From: Eledone cirrhosa
Taxonomy: Eukaryota
Assembly (NCBI GenBank): GCA_964016885.1
Contig: CAXHJY010000132.1
Location: 125,001 to 189,000 of the forward strand
Length of the DNA: 64,000 nt
Direction: 5' to 3'
Within the stretch, counting starts at the first letter, position 1. Every line of letters begins with the position of its first letter. Made by a program: the position numbers and the translations under genes. A model generated the notes under the pieces. The model saw only the letters and a list, made by a program, of their open reading frames with translations, ran no database searches and was not told where the DNA came from. Positions 41,801 to 54,300 of the stretch are shown in pieces.

Positions 41801-44800
41801 ACGTCGTTCTTCACCAAGCTATCTTTCTCTACCTTGTCTTCCCTCAAAACTTCGTTCGTTCTTCACCAAGCTATCTTTCTCTACCTTGTCTTCCCTCAAA
41901 ACTTCGTTCTTCACCAAGCTATCTTTCTCTACCTTGTCTTCCCTCAAAACTTCGTTCTTGATCAAGCTATCTTTCTCTACCTTGCATTCCCTCAAAACTT
42001 CGTTCTTCACCAAGCTATCTTTCTCTACCTTGTCTTCCCTCAAAACTTCGTTCTTCACCAAGCTATCTTTCTCTACCTTGTCTTCCCTCAAAACTTCGTT
42101 CTTCACAAGCTATCCTTCTCTACCTTGTCTTCGCTCAAAACTTCGTTCTTCACCAAGCTATCTTTCTCTACCTTGTCTTCCCTCAAAACTTCGTTCTTCA
42201 CCAAGCTATCTTTCTCTACTTTGTCTTCCCTCAAAACATCGTTCGTTCTTCATCAAGCTATCTTTCTCTACCTTGTCTTCCCTCAAGACTTCGTTCGTCA
42301 CCAAGCTATCTTTCTCTACATTGTCTTCCCCCAAAACTTCGTTCTTCATCAAGCTATCTTTCTCTACCTTGTCTTCCCTCAAAACGTCGTTCTTCACCAA
42401 GCTATCTTTCTCTACCTTGTCTTCCCACACAACTTCGTTCTTCATCAAGCTATCTTTCTCTACCTTGTCTTCCCTCAAAACGTCGTTCTTCACCAAGCTA
42501 TCTTTCTCTACCTTGTCTTCCCCCAAAACTTCGTTCTTCACCAAGCTATCTTTCTCTACCTTGTCTACCCCCAAAACTTCGTTCTTCACCAAGCTATCTT
42601 TCTCTACCTTGTCTTCCCACAAAACTTCGTTCTTCACCAAGCTATCTTTCTCTACCTTGTCTTCCCACAAAACGTCGTTCTTCACCAAGCTATCTTTCCC
42701 TACCTTGTCTTCCCTCAAAACGTCGTTCTTCACCAAGCTATCTTTCTCTACCTTGACTTCCCTCAAAACTTCGTTCTTCACCAAGCTATCTTTCTCTACC
42801 TTGTCTTCCCTCAAAACTTCGTTCTTCACCAAGCTATCTTTCTCTATCTTGTCTTCCCTCAAAACTCCGTTCTTCATCAAGCTATCGTTCTCTACTTTGT
42901 CTTCCCTCAAAACGTCGTTCTTCACCAAGCTATCTTTCTCTACCTTGTCTTCCCTCAAAACTTCGTTCGTTCTTCACCAAGCTATCTTTCTCTACCTTGT
43001 CTTCCCCCAAAACTTCGTTCTTCATCAAGCTATCGTTCTCTACTTTGTCTTCCCTCAAAACGTCGTTCTTCACCAAGCTATCTTTCTCTACCTTGTCTTC
43101 CCTCAAAACTTCGTTCGTTCTTCACCAAGCTATCTTTCTCTACCTTGTCTTCCCCCAAAACCTCGTTCTTCACAAGCTATCTTTCTCTACCTTGTCTTCC
43201 CTCAAAACTTCGTTCTTGATCAAGCTATCTTTCTCTACCTTGCATTCCCTCAAAACTTCGTTCTTCACCAAGCTATCTTTCCCTACCTTTTTTTCCCCCA
43301 AAACTCCGTTCTTCACCAAACTATCTTTCTCTACCTTGTCTTCCCTCAAAACTTCGTCTTCACCAAGCTATCTTTCTCTATCTTGTCTTCCATCAAAACT
43401 TTGTTCTTCACCAAGCTATCTTTCTCTACCTTGTCTTCCCTCAAAACTTCGTTCTTCACCAAGCTATCTTTCCCTACCTTTTTTTCCCCCAAAACTCCGT
43501 TCTTCACCAAACTATATTTCTCTACCTTGTCTTCCCTCAAAACTTCGTTCTTCACCAAGCTATCTTTCTCTATCTTGTCTTCCCTCAAAACTCCGTTCTT
43601 CATCAAGCTATCGTTCTCTACTTTGTCTTCCCTCAAAACGTCGTTCTTCACCAAGCTATCTTTCTCTACCTTGTCTTCCCTCAAAACTTCGTTCGTTCTT
43701 CACTAAGCTATCTTTCTCTACCTTGTCTTCCCCCAAAACCTCGTTCTTCACAAGCTATCTTTCTCTACCTTGTCTTCCCTCAAAACTTCGTTCTTGATCA
43801 AGCTATCTTTCTCTACCTTGCATTCCCTCAAAACTTCGTTCTTCACCAAGCTATCTTTCCCTACCTTTTTTTCCCCCAAAACTCCGTTCTTCACCAAACT
43901 ATCTTTCTCTACCTTGTCTTCCCTCAAAACTTCGTTCTTCACCAAGCTATCTTTCTCTATCTTGTCTTCCATCAAAACTTTGTTCTTCACCAGGCTATCT
44001 TTCTCTACCTTGTCTTCCCTCAAAACTTCGTTCTTCACCAAGCTATCTTTCTCTACCTTGTCTTCCCCCAAAACTTCGTTCTTCACCAAGCTATCTTTCT
44101 CTACCTTGTCTTCCCTCAAAACGTCGTTCTTCACCAAGCTATCTTTCTCTACCTTGTCTTCCCTCAAAACTTCGTTCGTTCTTCACCAAGCTATCTTTCT
44201 CTACCTTGTCTTCCCTCAAAACTTCGTTCTTCACCAAGCTATCTTTCTCTACCTTGTCTTCCCTCAAAACTTCGTTCTTGATCAAGCTATCTTTCTCTAC
44301 CTTGCATTCCCTCAAAACTTCGTTCTTCACCAAGCTATCTTTCTCTACCTTGTCTTCCCTCAAAACTTCGTTCTTCACCAAGCTATCTTTCTCTACCTTG
44401 TCTTCCCTCAAAACTTCGTTCTTCACAAGCTATCCTTCTCTACCTTGTCTTCGCTCAAAACTTCGTTCTTCACCAAGCTATCTTTCTCTACCTTGTCTTC
44501 CCTCAAAACTTCGTTCTTCACCAAGCTATCTTTCTCTACTTTGTCTTCCCTCAAAACATCGTTCGTTCTTCATCAAGCTATCTTTCTCTACCTTGTCTTC
44601 CCTCAAGACTTCGTTCGTCACCAAGCTATCTTTCTCTACATTGTCTTCCCCCAAAACTTCGTTCTTCACCAAGCTATCTTTCTCTACCTTGTCTTCCCTC
44701 AAAACTTCGTTCTTCACCAAGCTATCTTTCTCTATCTTGTCTTCCATCAAAACTTTGTTCTTCACCAAGCTATCTTTCTCTACCTTGTCTTCCCTCAAAA

Positions 44801-45470
44801 CTTCGTTCTTCACCAAGCTATCTTTCCCTACCATTTTTTCCCCCAAAACTCCGTTCTTCACCAAACTATATTTCTCTACCTTGTCTTCCCTCAAAACTTC
44901 GTTCTTCACCAAGCTATCTTTCTCTACCTTGTCTTCCCTCAAAACTTCGTTCGTTCTTCACCAAGCTATCTTTCTCTACCTTGTCTTCCCTCAAAACTTC
45001 GTTCTTCACCAAGCTATCTTTCTCTACCTTGTCTTCCCTCAAAACTTCGTTCTTGATCAAGCTATCTTTCTCTACCTTGCATTCCCTCAAAACTTCGTTC
45101 TTCACCAAGCTATCTTTCTCTACCTTGTCTTCCCTCAAAACTTCGTTCTTCACCAAACTATCTTTCTCTACCTTGTCTTCCCTCAAAACTTCGTTCTTCA
45201 CCAAGCTATCTTTCTCTATCTTGTCTTCCATCAAAACTTCGTTCTTCACCAAGCTATCTTTCTCTACCTTGTCTTCCCTCAAAACTTCGTTCTTCACCAA
45301 GCTATCTTTCCCTACCTTTTTTTCCCCCAAAACTCCGTTCTTCACCAAACTATCTTTCTCTACCTTGTCTTCCCTCAAAACTTCGTTCTTCACCAAGCTA
45401 TCTTTCTCTATCTTGTCTTCCCTCAAAACTCCGTTCTTCATCAAGCTATCGTTCTCTACTTTGTCTTCCC
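35890..45470. repeat. Higher-order repeat, about two tandem copies of a 4882-bp unit
   Basis: ORF pairs 36937/41819, 37324/42206, 38115/42997, 38888/43770, 39644/44526 and 40032/44914 all differ by 4882. A shared 1-bp deletion (CTTCGTCTTC) is at ~38475/43357 and ACCATTTTTT at ~39950/44832. Confidence 0.93.
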
Positions 45471-47310
45471 TCAAAACGTCGTTCTTCACCAAGCTATCTT
45501 TCTCTACCTTGTCTTCCCTCAAAACTTCGTTCGTTCTTCACTAAGCTATCTTTCTCTACCTTGTCTTCCCCCAAAACCTCGTTCTTCACAAGCTATCTTT
45601 CTCTACCTTGTCTTCCCTCAAAACTTCGTTCTTGATCAAGCTATCTTTCTCTACCTTGCATTCCCTCAAAACTTCGTTCTTCACCAAGCTATCTTTCCCT
45701 ACCTTTTTTTCCCCCAAAACTCCGTTCTTCACCAAACTATCTTTCTCTACCTTGTCTTCCCTCAAAACTTCGTTCTTCACCAAGCTATCTTTCTCTATCT
45801 TGTCTTCCATCAAAACTTTGTTCTTCACCAGGCTATCTTTCTCTACCTTGTCTTCCCTCAAAACTTCGTTCTTCACCAAGCTATCTTTCTCTACCTTGTC
45901 TTCCCCCAAAACTTCGTTCTTCACCAAGCTATCTTTCTCTACCTTGTCTTCCCTCAAAACGTCGTTCTTCACCAAGCTATCTTTCTCTACCTTGTCTTCC
46001 CTCAAAACTTCGTTCGTTCTTCACCAAGCTATCTTTCTCTACCTTGTCTTCCCTCAAAACTTCGTTCTTCACCAAGCTATCTTTCTCTACCTTGTCTTCC
46101 CTCAAAACTTCGTTCTTGATCAAGCTATCTTTCTCTACCTTGCATTCCCTCAAAACTTCGTTCTTCACCAAGCTATCTTTCTCTACCTTGTCTTCCCTCA
46201 AAACTTCGTTCTTCACCAAGCTATCTTTCTCTACCTTGTCTTCCCTCAAAACTTCGTTCTTCACAAGCTATCCTTCTCTACCTTGTCTTCGCTCAAAACT
46301 TCGTTCTTCACCAAGCTATCTTTCTCTACCTTGTCTTCCCTCAAAACTTCGTTCTTCACCAAGCTATCTTTCTCTACTTTGTCTTCCCTCAAAACATCGT
46401 TCGTTCTTCATCAAGCTATCTTTCTCTACCTTGTCTTCCCTCAAGACTTCGTTCGTCACCAAGCTATCTTTCTCTACATTGTCTTCCCCCAAAACTTCGT
46501 TCTTCACCAAGCTATCTTTCTCTACCTTGTCTTCCCTCAAAACTTCGTTCTTCACCAAGCTATCTTTCTCTATCTTGTCTTCCATCAAAACTTTGTTCTT
46601 CACCAAGCTATCTTTCTCTACCTTGTCTTCCCTCAAAACTTCGTTCTTCACCAAGCTATCTTTCCCTACCATTTTTTCCCCCAAAACTCCGTTCTTCACC
46701 AAACTATATTTCTCTACCTTGTCTTCCCTCAAAACTTCGTTCTTCACCAAGCTATCTTTCTCTACCTTGTCTTCCCTCAAAACTTCGTTCGTTCTTCACC
46801 AAGCTATCTTTCTCTACCTTGTCTTCCCTCAAAACTTCGTTCTTCACCAAGCTATCTTTCTCTACCTTGTCTTCCCTCAAAACTTCGTTCTTGATCAAGC
46901 TATCTTTCTCTACCTTGCATTCCCTCAAAACTTCGTTCTTCACCAAGCTATCTTTCTCTACCTTGTCTTCCCTCAAAACTTCGTTCTTCACCAAACTATC
47001 TTTCTCTACCTTGTCTTCCCTCAAAACTTCGTTCTTCACCAAGCTATCTTTCTCTATCTTGTCTTCCATCAAAACTTCGTTCTTCACCAAGCTATCTTTC
47101 TCTACCTTGTCTTCCCTCAAAACTTCGTTCTTCACCAAGCTATCTTTCCCTACCTTTTTTTCCCCCAAAACTCCGTTCTTCACCAAACTATCTTTCTCTA
47201 CCTTGTCTACCCTCAAAACTTCGTTCTTCACCAAGCTATCTTTCTCTATCTTGTCTTCCCTCAAAACTCCGTTCTTCATCAAGCTATCGTTCTCTACTTT
47301 GTCTTCCCTC
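43550..47310. repeat. Higher-order tandem duplication, 1838-bp unit
   Basis: ORF pairs 43748/45586, 43770/45608, 44526/46364 and 44914/46752 differ by 1838. The CACTAAG marker is at 43701 and 45539. Confidence 0.92.
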
Positions 47311-50300
47311 GAAACGTCGTTCTTCACCAAGCTATCTTTCTCTACCTTGTCTTCCCTCAAAACTTCGTTCGTTCTTCACCAAGCTATCTTTCTCTACCTT
47401 GTCTTCCCTCAAAACTTCGTTCTTCACCAAGCTATCTTTCTCTACCTTGTCTTCCCTCAAAACTTCGTTCTTGATCAAGCTATCTTTCTCTACCTTGCAT
47501 TCCCTCAAAACTTCGTTCTTCACCAAGCTATCTTTCTCTACCTTGTCTTCCCTCAAAACTTCGTTCTTCACCAAGCTATCTTTCTCTACCTTGTCTTCCC
47601 TCAAAACTTCGTTCTTCACAAGCTATCCTTCTCTACCTTGTCTTCGCTCAAAACTTCGTTCTTCACCAAGCTATCTTTCTCTACCTTGTCTTCCCTCAAA
47701 ACTTCGTTCTTCACCAAGCTATCTTTCTCTACTTTGTCTTCCCTCAAAACATCGTTCGTTCTTCATCAAGCTATCTTTCTCTACCTTGTCTTCCCTCAAG
47801 ACTTCGTTCGTCACCAAGCTATCTTTCTCTACATTGTCTTCCCCCAAAACTTCGTTCTTCATCAAGCTATCTTTCTCTACCTTGTCTTCCCTCAAAACGT
47901 CGTTCTTCACCAAGCTATCTTTCTCTACCTTGTCTTCCCACACAACTTCGTTCTTCATCAAGCTATCTTTCTCTACCTTGTCTTCCCTCAAAACGTCGTT
48001 CTTCACCAAGTTATCTTTCTCTACCTTGTCTTCCCCCAAAACTTCGTTCTTCACCAAGCTATCTTTCTCTACCTTGTCTACCCCCAAAACTTCGTTCTTC
48101 ACCAAGCTATCTTTCTCTACCTTGTCTTCCCACAAAACTTCGTTCTTCACCAAGCTATCTTTCTCTACCTTGTCTTCCCACAAAACGTCGTTCTTCACCA
48201 AGCTATCTTTCCCTACCTTGTCTTCCCTCAAAACGTCGTTCTTCACCAAGCTATCTTTCTCTACCTTGACTTCCGTCAAAACTTCGTTCTTCACCAAGCT
48301 ATCTTTCTCTACCTTGTCTTCCCTCAAAACTTCGTTCTTCACCAAGCTATCTTTCTCTATCTTGTCTTCCCTCAAAACTCCGTTCTTCATCAAGCTATCG
48401 TTCTCTACTTTGTCTTCCCTCAAAACGTCGTTCTTCACCAAGCTATCTTTCTCTACCTTGTCTTCCCTCAAAACTTCGTTCGTTCTTCACCAAGCTATCT
48501 TTCTCTACCTTGTCTTCCCCCAAAACTTCGTTCTTCACAAGCTATCCTTCTCTACCTTGTCTTCCCTCAAAACTTCGTTCTTCACCAAGCTATCTTTCTC
48601 TACCTTGTCTTCCCTCAAAACTTCGTTCTTGATCAAGCTATCTTTCTCTACCTTGCATTCCCTCAAAACTTCGTTCTTCACCAAGCTATCTTTCTCTACC
48701 TTGTCTTCCCTCAAAACTTCGTTCTTCACCAAGCTATCTTTCTCTACCTTGTCTTCCCTCAAAACTTCGTTCTTCACAAGCTATCCTTCTCTACCTTGTC
48801 TTCGCTCAAAACTTCGTTCTTCACCAAGCTATCTTTCTCTACCTCGTCTTCCCTCAAAACTTCGTTCTTCACCAAGCTATCTTTCTCTACTTTGTCTTCC
48901 CTCAAAACATCGTTCGTTCGTCACCAAGCTATCTTTCTCTACATTGTCTTCCCCCAAAACTTCGTTCTTCATCAAGCTATCTTTCTCTACCTTGTCTTCC
49001 CTCAAAACGTCGTTCTTCACCAAGCTATCTTTCTCTACCTTGTCTTCCCACACAACTTCGTTCTTCATCAAGCTATCTTTCTCTACCTTGTCTTCCCTCA
49101 AAACGTCGTTCTTCACCAAGCTATCTTTCTCTACCTTGTCTTCCCCCAAAACTTCGTTCTTCACCAAGCTATCTTTCTCTACCTTGTCTACCCCCAAAAC
49201 TTCGTTCTTCACCAAGCTATCTTTCTCTACCTTGTCTTCCCACAAAACTTCGTTCTTCACCAAGCTATCTTTCTCTACCTTGTCTTCCCACAAAACGTCG
49301 TTCTTCACCAAGCTATCTTTCCCTACCTTGTCTTCCCTCAAAACGTCGTTCTTCACCAAGCTATCTTTCTCTACCTTGACTTCCCTCAAAACTTCGTTCT
49401 TCACCAAGCTATCTTTCTCTACCTTGTCTTCCCTCAAAACTTCGTTCTTCACCAAGCTATCTTTCTCTATCTTGTCTTCCCTCAAAACTCCGTTCTTCAT
49501 CAAGCTATCGTTCTCTACTTTGTCTTCCCTCAAAACGTCGTTCTTCACCAAGCTATCTTTCTCTACCTTGTCTTCCCTCAAAACTTCGTTCGTTCTTCAC
49601 CAAGCTATCTTTCTCTACCTTGTCTTCCCCCAAAACTTCGTTCTTCATCAAGCTATCGTTCTCTACTTTGTCTTCCCTCAAAACGTCGTTCTTCACCAAG
49701 CTATCTTTCTCTACCTTGTCTTCCCTCAAAACTTCGTTCGTTCGTCACCAAGCTATCTTTCTCTACCTTGTCTTCCCCCAAAACTTCGTTCTTCACAAGC
49801 TATCTTTCTCTACCTTGTCTTCCCTCAAAACTTCGTTCTTGATCAAGCTATCTTTCTCTACCTTGCATTCCCTCAAAACTTCGTTCTTCACCAAGCTATC
49901 TTTCCCTACCTTTTTTTCCCCCAAAACTCCGTTCTTCACCAAACTATCTTTCTCTACCTTGTCTTCCCTCAAAACTTCGTTCTTCACCAAGCTATCTTTC
50001 TCTATCTTGTCTTCCATCAAAACTTCGTTCTTCACCAAGCTATCTTTCTCTACCTTGTCTTCCCTCAAAACTTCGTTCTTCACCAAGCTATCTTTCCCTA
50101 CCTTTTTTTCCCCCAAAACTCCGTTCTTCACCAAACTATCTTTCTCTACCTTGTCTTCCCTCAAAACTTCGTTCTTCACCAAGCTATCTTTCTCTATCTT
50201 GTCTTCCCTCAAAACTCCGTTCTTCATCAAGCTATCGTTCTCTACTTTGTCTTCCCTCGAAACGTCGTTCTTCACCAAGCTATCTTTCTCTACCTTGTCT

Positions 50301-51359
50301 TCCCTCAAAACTTCGTTCGTTCTTCACCAAGCTATCTTTCTCTACCTTGTCTTCCCTCAAAACTTCGTTCTTCACCAAGCTATCTTTCTCTACCTTGTCT
50401 TCCCTCAAAACTTCGTTCTTGATCAAGCTATCTTTCTCTACCTTGCATTCCCTCAAAACTTCGTTCTTCACCAAGCTATCTTTCTCTACCTTCTCTTCCC
50501 TCAAAACTTCGTTCTTCACCAAGCTATCTTTCTCTACCTTGTCTTCCCTCAAAACTTCGTTCTTCACAAGCTATCCTTCTCTACCTTGTCTTCGCTCAAA
50601 ACTTCGTTCTTCACCAAGCTATCTTTCTCTACCTTGTCTTCCCTCAAAACTTCGTTCTTCACCAAGCTATCTTTCTCTACTTTGTCTTCCCTCAAAACAT
50701 CGTTCGTTCTTCATCAAGCTATCTTTCTCTACCTTGTCTTCCCTCAAGACTTCGTTCGTCACCAAGCTATCTTTCTCTACATTGTCTTCCCCCAAAACTT
50801 CGTTCTTCATCAAGCTATCTTTCTCTACCTTGTCTTCCCTCAAAACGTCGTTCTTCACCAAGCTATCTTTCTCTACCTTGTCTTCCCACACAACTTCGTT
50901 CTTCATCAAGCTATCTTTCTCTACCTTGTCTTCCCTCAAAACGTCGTTGTTCACCAAGCTATCTTTCTCTACCTTGTCTTCCCCCAAAACTTCGTTCTTC
51001 ACCAAGCTATCTTTCTCTACCTTGTCTACCCCCAAAACTTCGTTCTTCACCAAGCTATCTTTCTCTACCTTGTCTTCCCACAAAACTTCGTTCTTCACCA
51101 AGCTTTCTTTCTCTACCTTGTCTTCCCACAAAACGTCGTTCTTCACCAAGCTATCTTTCCCTACCTTGTCTTCCCTCAAAACGTCGTTCTTCACCAAGCT
51201 ATCTTTCTCTACCTTGACTTCCGTCAAAACTTCGTTCTTCACCAAGCTATCTTTCTCTACCTTGTCTTCCCTCAAAACTTCGTTCTTCACCAAGCTATCT
51301 TTCTCTATCTTGTCTTCCCTCAAAACTCCGTTCTTCATCAAGCTATCGTTCTCTACTTT

Positions 51360-54300
51360 GTCTTCCCTCAAAACGTCGTTCTTCACCAAGCTATCTTTCT
51401 CTACCTTGTCTTCCCTCAAAACTTCGTTCGTTCTTCACCAAGCTATCTTTCTCTACCTTGTCTTCCCCCAAAACTTGGTTCTTCACAAGCTATCCTTCTC
51501 TACCTTGTCTTCCCTCAAAACTTCGTTCTTCACCAAGCTATCTTTCTCTACCTTGTCTTCCCTCAAAACTTCGTTCTTGATCAAGCTATCTTTCTCTACC
51601 TTGCATTCCCTCAAAACTTCGTTCTTCACCAAGCTATCTTTCTCTACCTTGTCTTCCCTCAAAACTTCGTTCTTCACAAGCTATCCTTCTCTACCTTGTC
51701 TTCGCTCAAAACTTCGTTCTTCACCAAGCTATCTTTCTCTACCTTGTCTTCCCTCAAAACTTCGTTCTTCACCAAGCTATCTTTCTCTACTTTGTCTTCC
51801 CTCAAAACATCGTTCGTTCTTCATCAAGCTATCTTTCTCTACCTTGTCTTCCCTCAAGACTTCGTTCGTCACCAAGCTATCTTTCTCTACATTGTCTCCC
51901 CTCAAAACTTCGTTCTTCATCAAGCTATCTTTCTCTACCTTGTCTTCCCTCAAAACGTCGTTCTTCACCAAGCTATCTTTCTCTACCTTGTCTTCCCACA
52001 CAACTTCGTTCTTCATCAAGCTATCTTTCTCTACCTTGTCTTCCCTCAAAACGTCGTTCTTCACCAAGCTATCTTTCTCTACCTTGTCTTCCCCCAAAAC
52101 TTCGTTCTTCACCAAGCTATCTTTCTCTACCTTGTCTACCCCCAACACTTCGTTCTTCACCAAGCTATCTTTCTCTACCTTGTCTTCCCACAAAACTTCG
52201 TTCTTCACCAAGCTATCTTTCTCTACCTTGTCTTCCCACAAAACGTCGTTCTTCACCAAGCTATCTTTCCCTACCTTGTCTTCCCTCAAAACGTCGTTCT
52301 TCACCAAGCTATCTTTCTCTACCTTGACTTCCCTCAAAACTTCGTTCTTCACCAAGCTATCTTTCTCTACCTTGTCTTCCCTCAAAACTTCGTTCTTCAC
52401 CAAGCTATCTTTCTCTATCTTGTCTTCCCTCAAAACTCCGTTCTTCATCAAGCTATCGTTCTCTACTTTGTCTTCCCTCAAAACGTCGTTCTTCACCAAG
52501 CTATCTTTCTCTACCTTGTCTTCCCTCAAAACTTCGTTCGTTCTTCACCAAGCTATCTTTCTCTACCTTGTCTTCCCCCAAAACTTCGTTCTTCACAAGC
52601 TATCTTTCTCTACCTTGTCTTCCCTCAAAACTTCGTTCTTCACCAAGCTATCTTTCTCTACCTTGTCTTCCCTCAAAACTTCGTTCTTGATCAAGCTATC
52701 TTTCTCTACCTTGCATTCCCTCAAAACTTCGTTCTTCACCAAGCTATCTTTCTCTACCTTGTCTTCCCTCAAAACTTCGTTCTTCACCAAGCTATCTGTC
52801 TCTACCTTGTCTTCCCTCAAAACTTCGTTCTTCACAAGCTATCCTTCTCTACCTTGTCTTCGCTCAAAACTTCGTTCTTCACCAAGCTATCTTTCTCTAC
52901 CTTGTCTTCCCTCAAAACTTCGTTCTTCACCAAGCTATCTTTCTCTACTTTGTCTTCCCTCAAAACATCGTTCGTTCTTCATCAAGCTATCTTTCTCTAC
53001 CTTGTCTTCCCCAAGACTTCGTTCGTCACCAAGCTATCTTTCTCTACATTGTCTTCCCCCAAAACTTCGTTCTTCATCAAGCTATCTTTCTCTACCTTGT
53101 CTTCCCTCAAAACGTCGTTCTTCACCAAGCTATCTTTCTCTACCTTGTCTTCCCACACAACTTCGTTCTTCATCAAGCTATCTTTCTCTACCTTGTCTTC
53201 CCTCAAAACGTCGTTCTTCACCAAGCTATCTTTCTCTACCTTGTCTACCCCCAAAACTTCGTTCTTCACCAAGCTATCTTTCTCTACCTTGTCTTCCCAC
53301 AAAACTTCGTTCTTCACCAAGCTTTCTTTCTCTACCTTGTCTTCCCACAAAACGTCGTTCTTCACCAAGCTATCTTTCCCTACCTTGTCTTCCCTCAAAA
53401 CGTCGTTCTTCACCAAGCTATCTTTCTCTACCTTGACTTCCGTCAAAACTTCGTTCTTCACCAAGCTATCTTTCTCTACCTTGTCTTCCCTCAAAACTTC
53501 GTTCTTCACCAAGCTATCTTTCTCTATCTTGTCTTCCCTCAAAACTCCGTTCTTCATCAAGCTATCGTTCTCTACTTTGTCTTCCCTCAAAACGTCGTTC
53601 TTCACCAAGCTATCTTTCTCTACCTTGTCTTCCCTCAAAACTTCGTTCGTTCTTCACCAAGCTATCTTTCTCTACCTTGTCTTCCCCCAAAACTTGGTTC
53701 TTCACAAGCTATCCTTCTCTACCTTGTCTTCCCTCAAAACTTCGTTCTTCACCAAGCTATCTTTCTCTACCTTGTCTTCCCTCAAAACTTCGTTCTTGAT
53801 CAAGCTATCTTTCTCTACCTTGCATTCCCTCAAAACTTCGTTCTTCACCAAGCTATCTTTCTCTACCTTGTCTTCCCTCAAAACTTCGTTCTTCACAAGC
53901 TATCCTTCTCTACCTTGTCTTCGCTCAAAACTTCGTTCTTCACCAAGCTATCTTTCTCTACCTTGTCTTCCCTCAAAACTTCGTTCTTCACCAAGCTATC
54001 TTTCTCTACTTTGTCTTCCCTCAAAACATCGTTCGTTCTTCATCAAGCTATCTTTCTCTACCTTGTCTTCCCTCAAGACTTCGTTCGTCACCAAGCTATC
54101 TTTCTCTACATTGTCTTCCCCCAAAACTTCGTTCTTCATCAAGCTATCTTTCTCTACCTTGTCTTCCCTCAAAACGTCGTTCTTCACCAAGCTATCTTTC
54201 TCTACCTTGTCTTCCCACACAACTTCGTTCTTCATCAAGCTATCTTTCTCTACCTTGTCTTCCCTCAAAACGTCGTTCTTCACCAAGCTATCTTTCTCTA

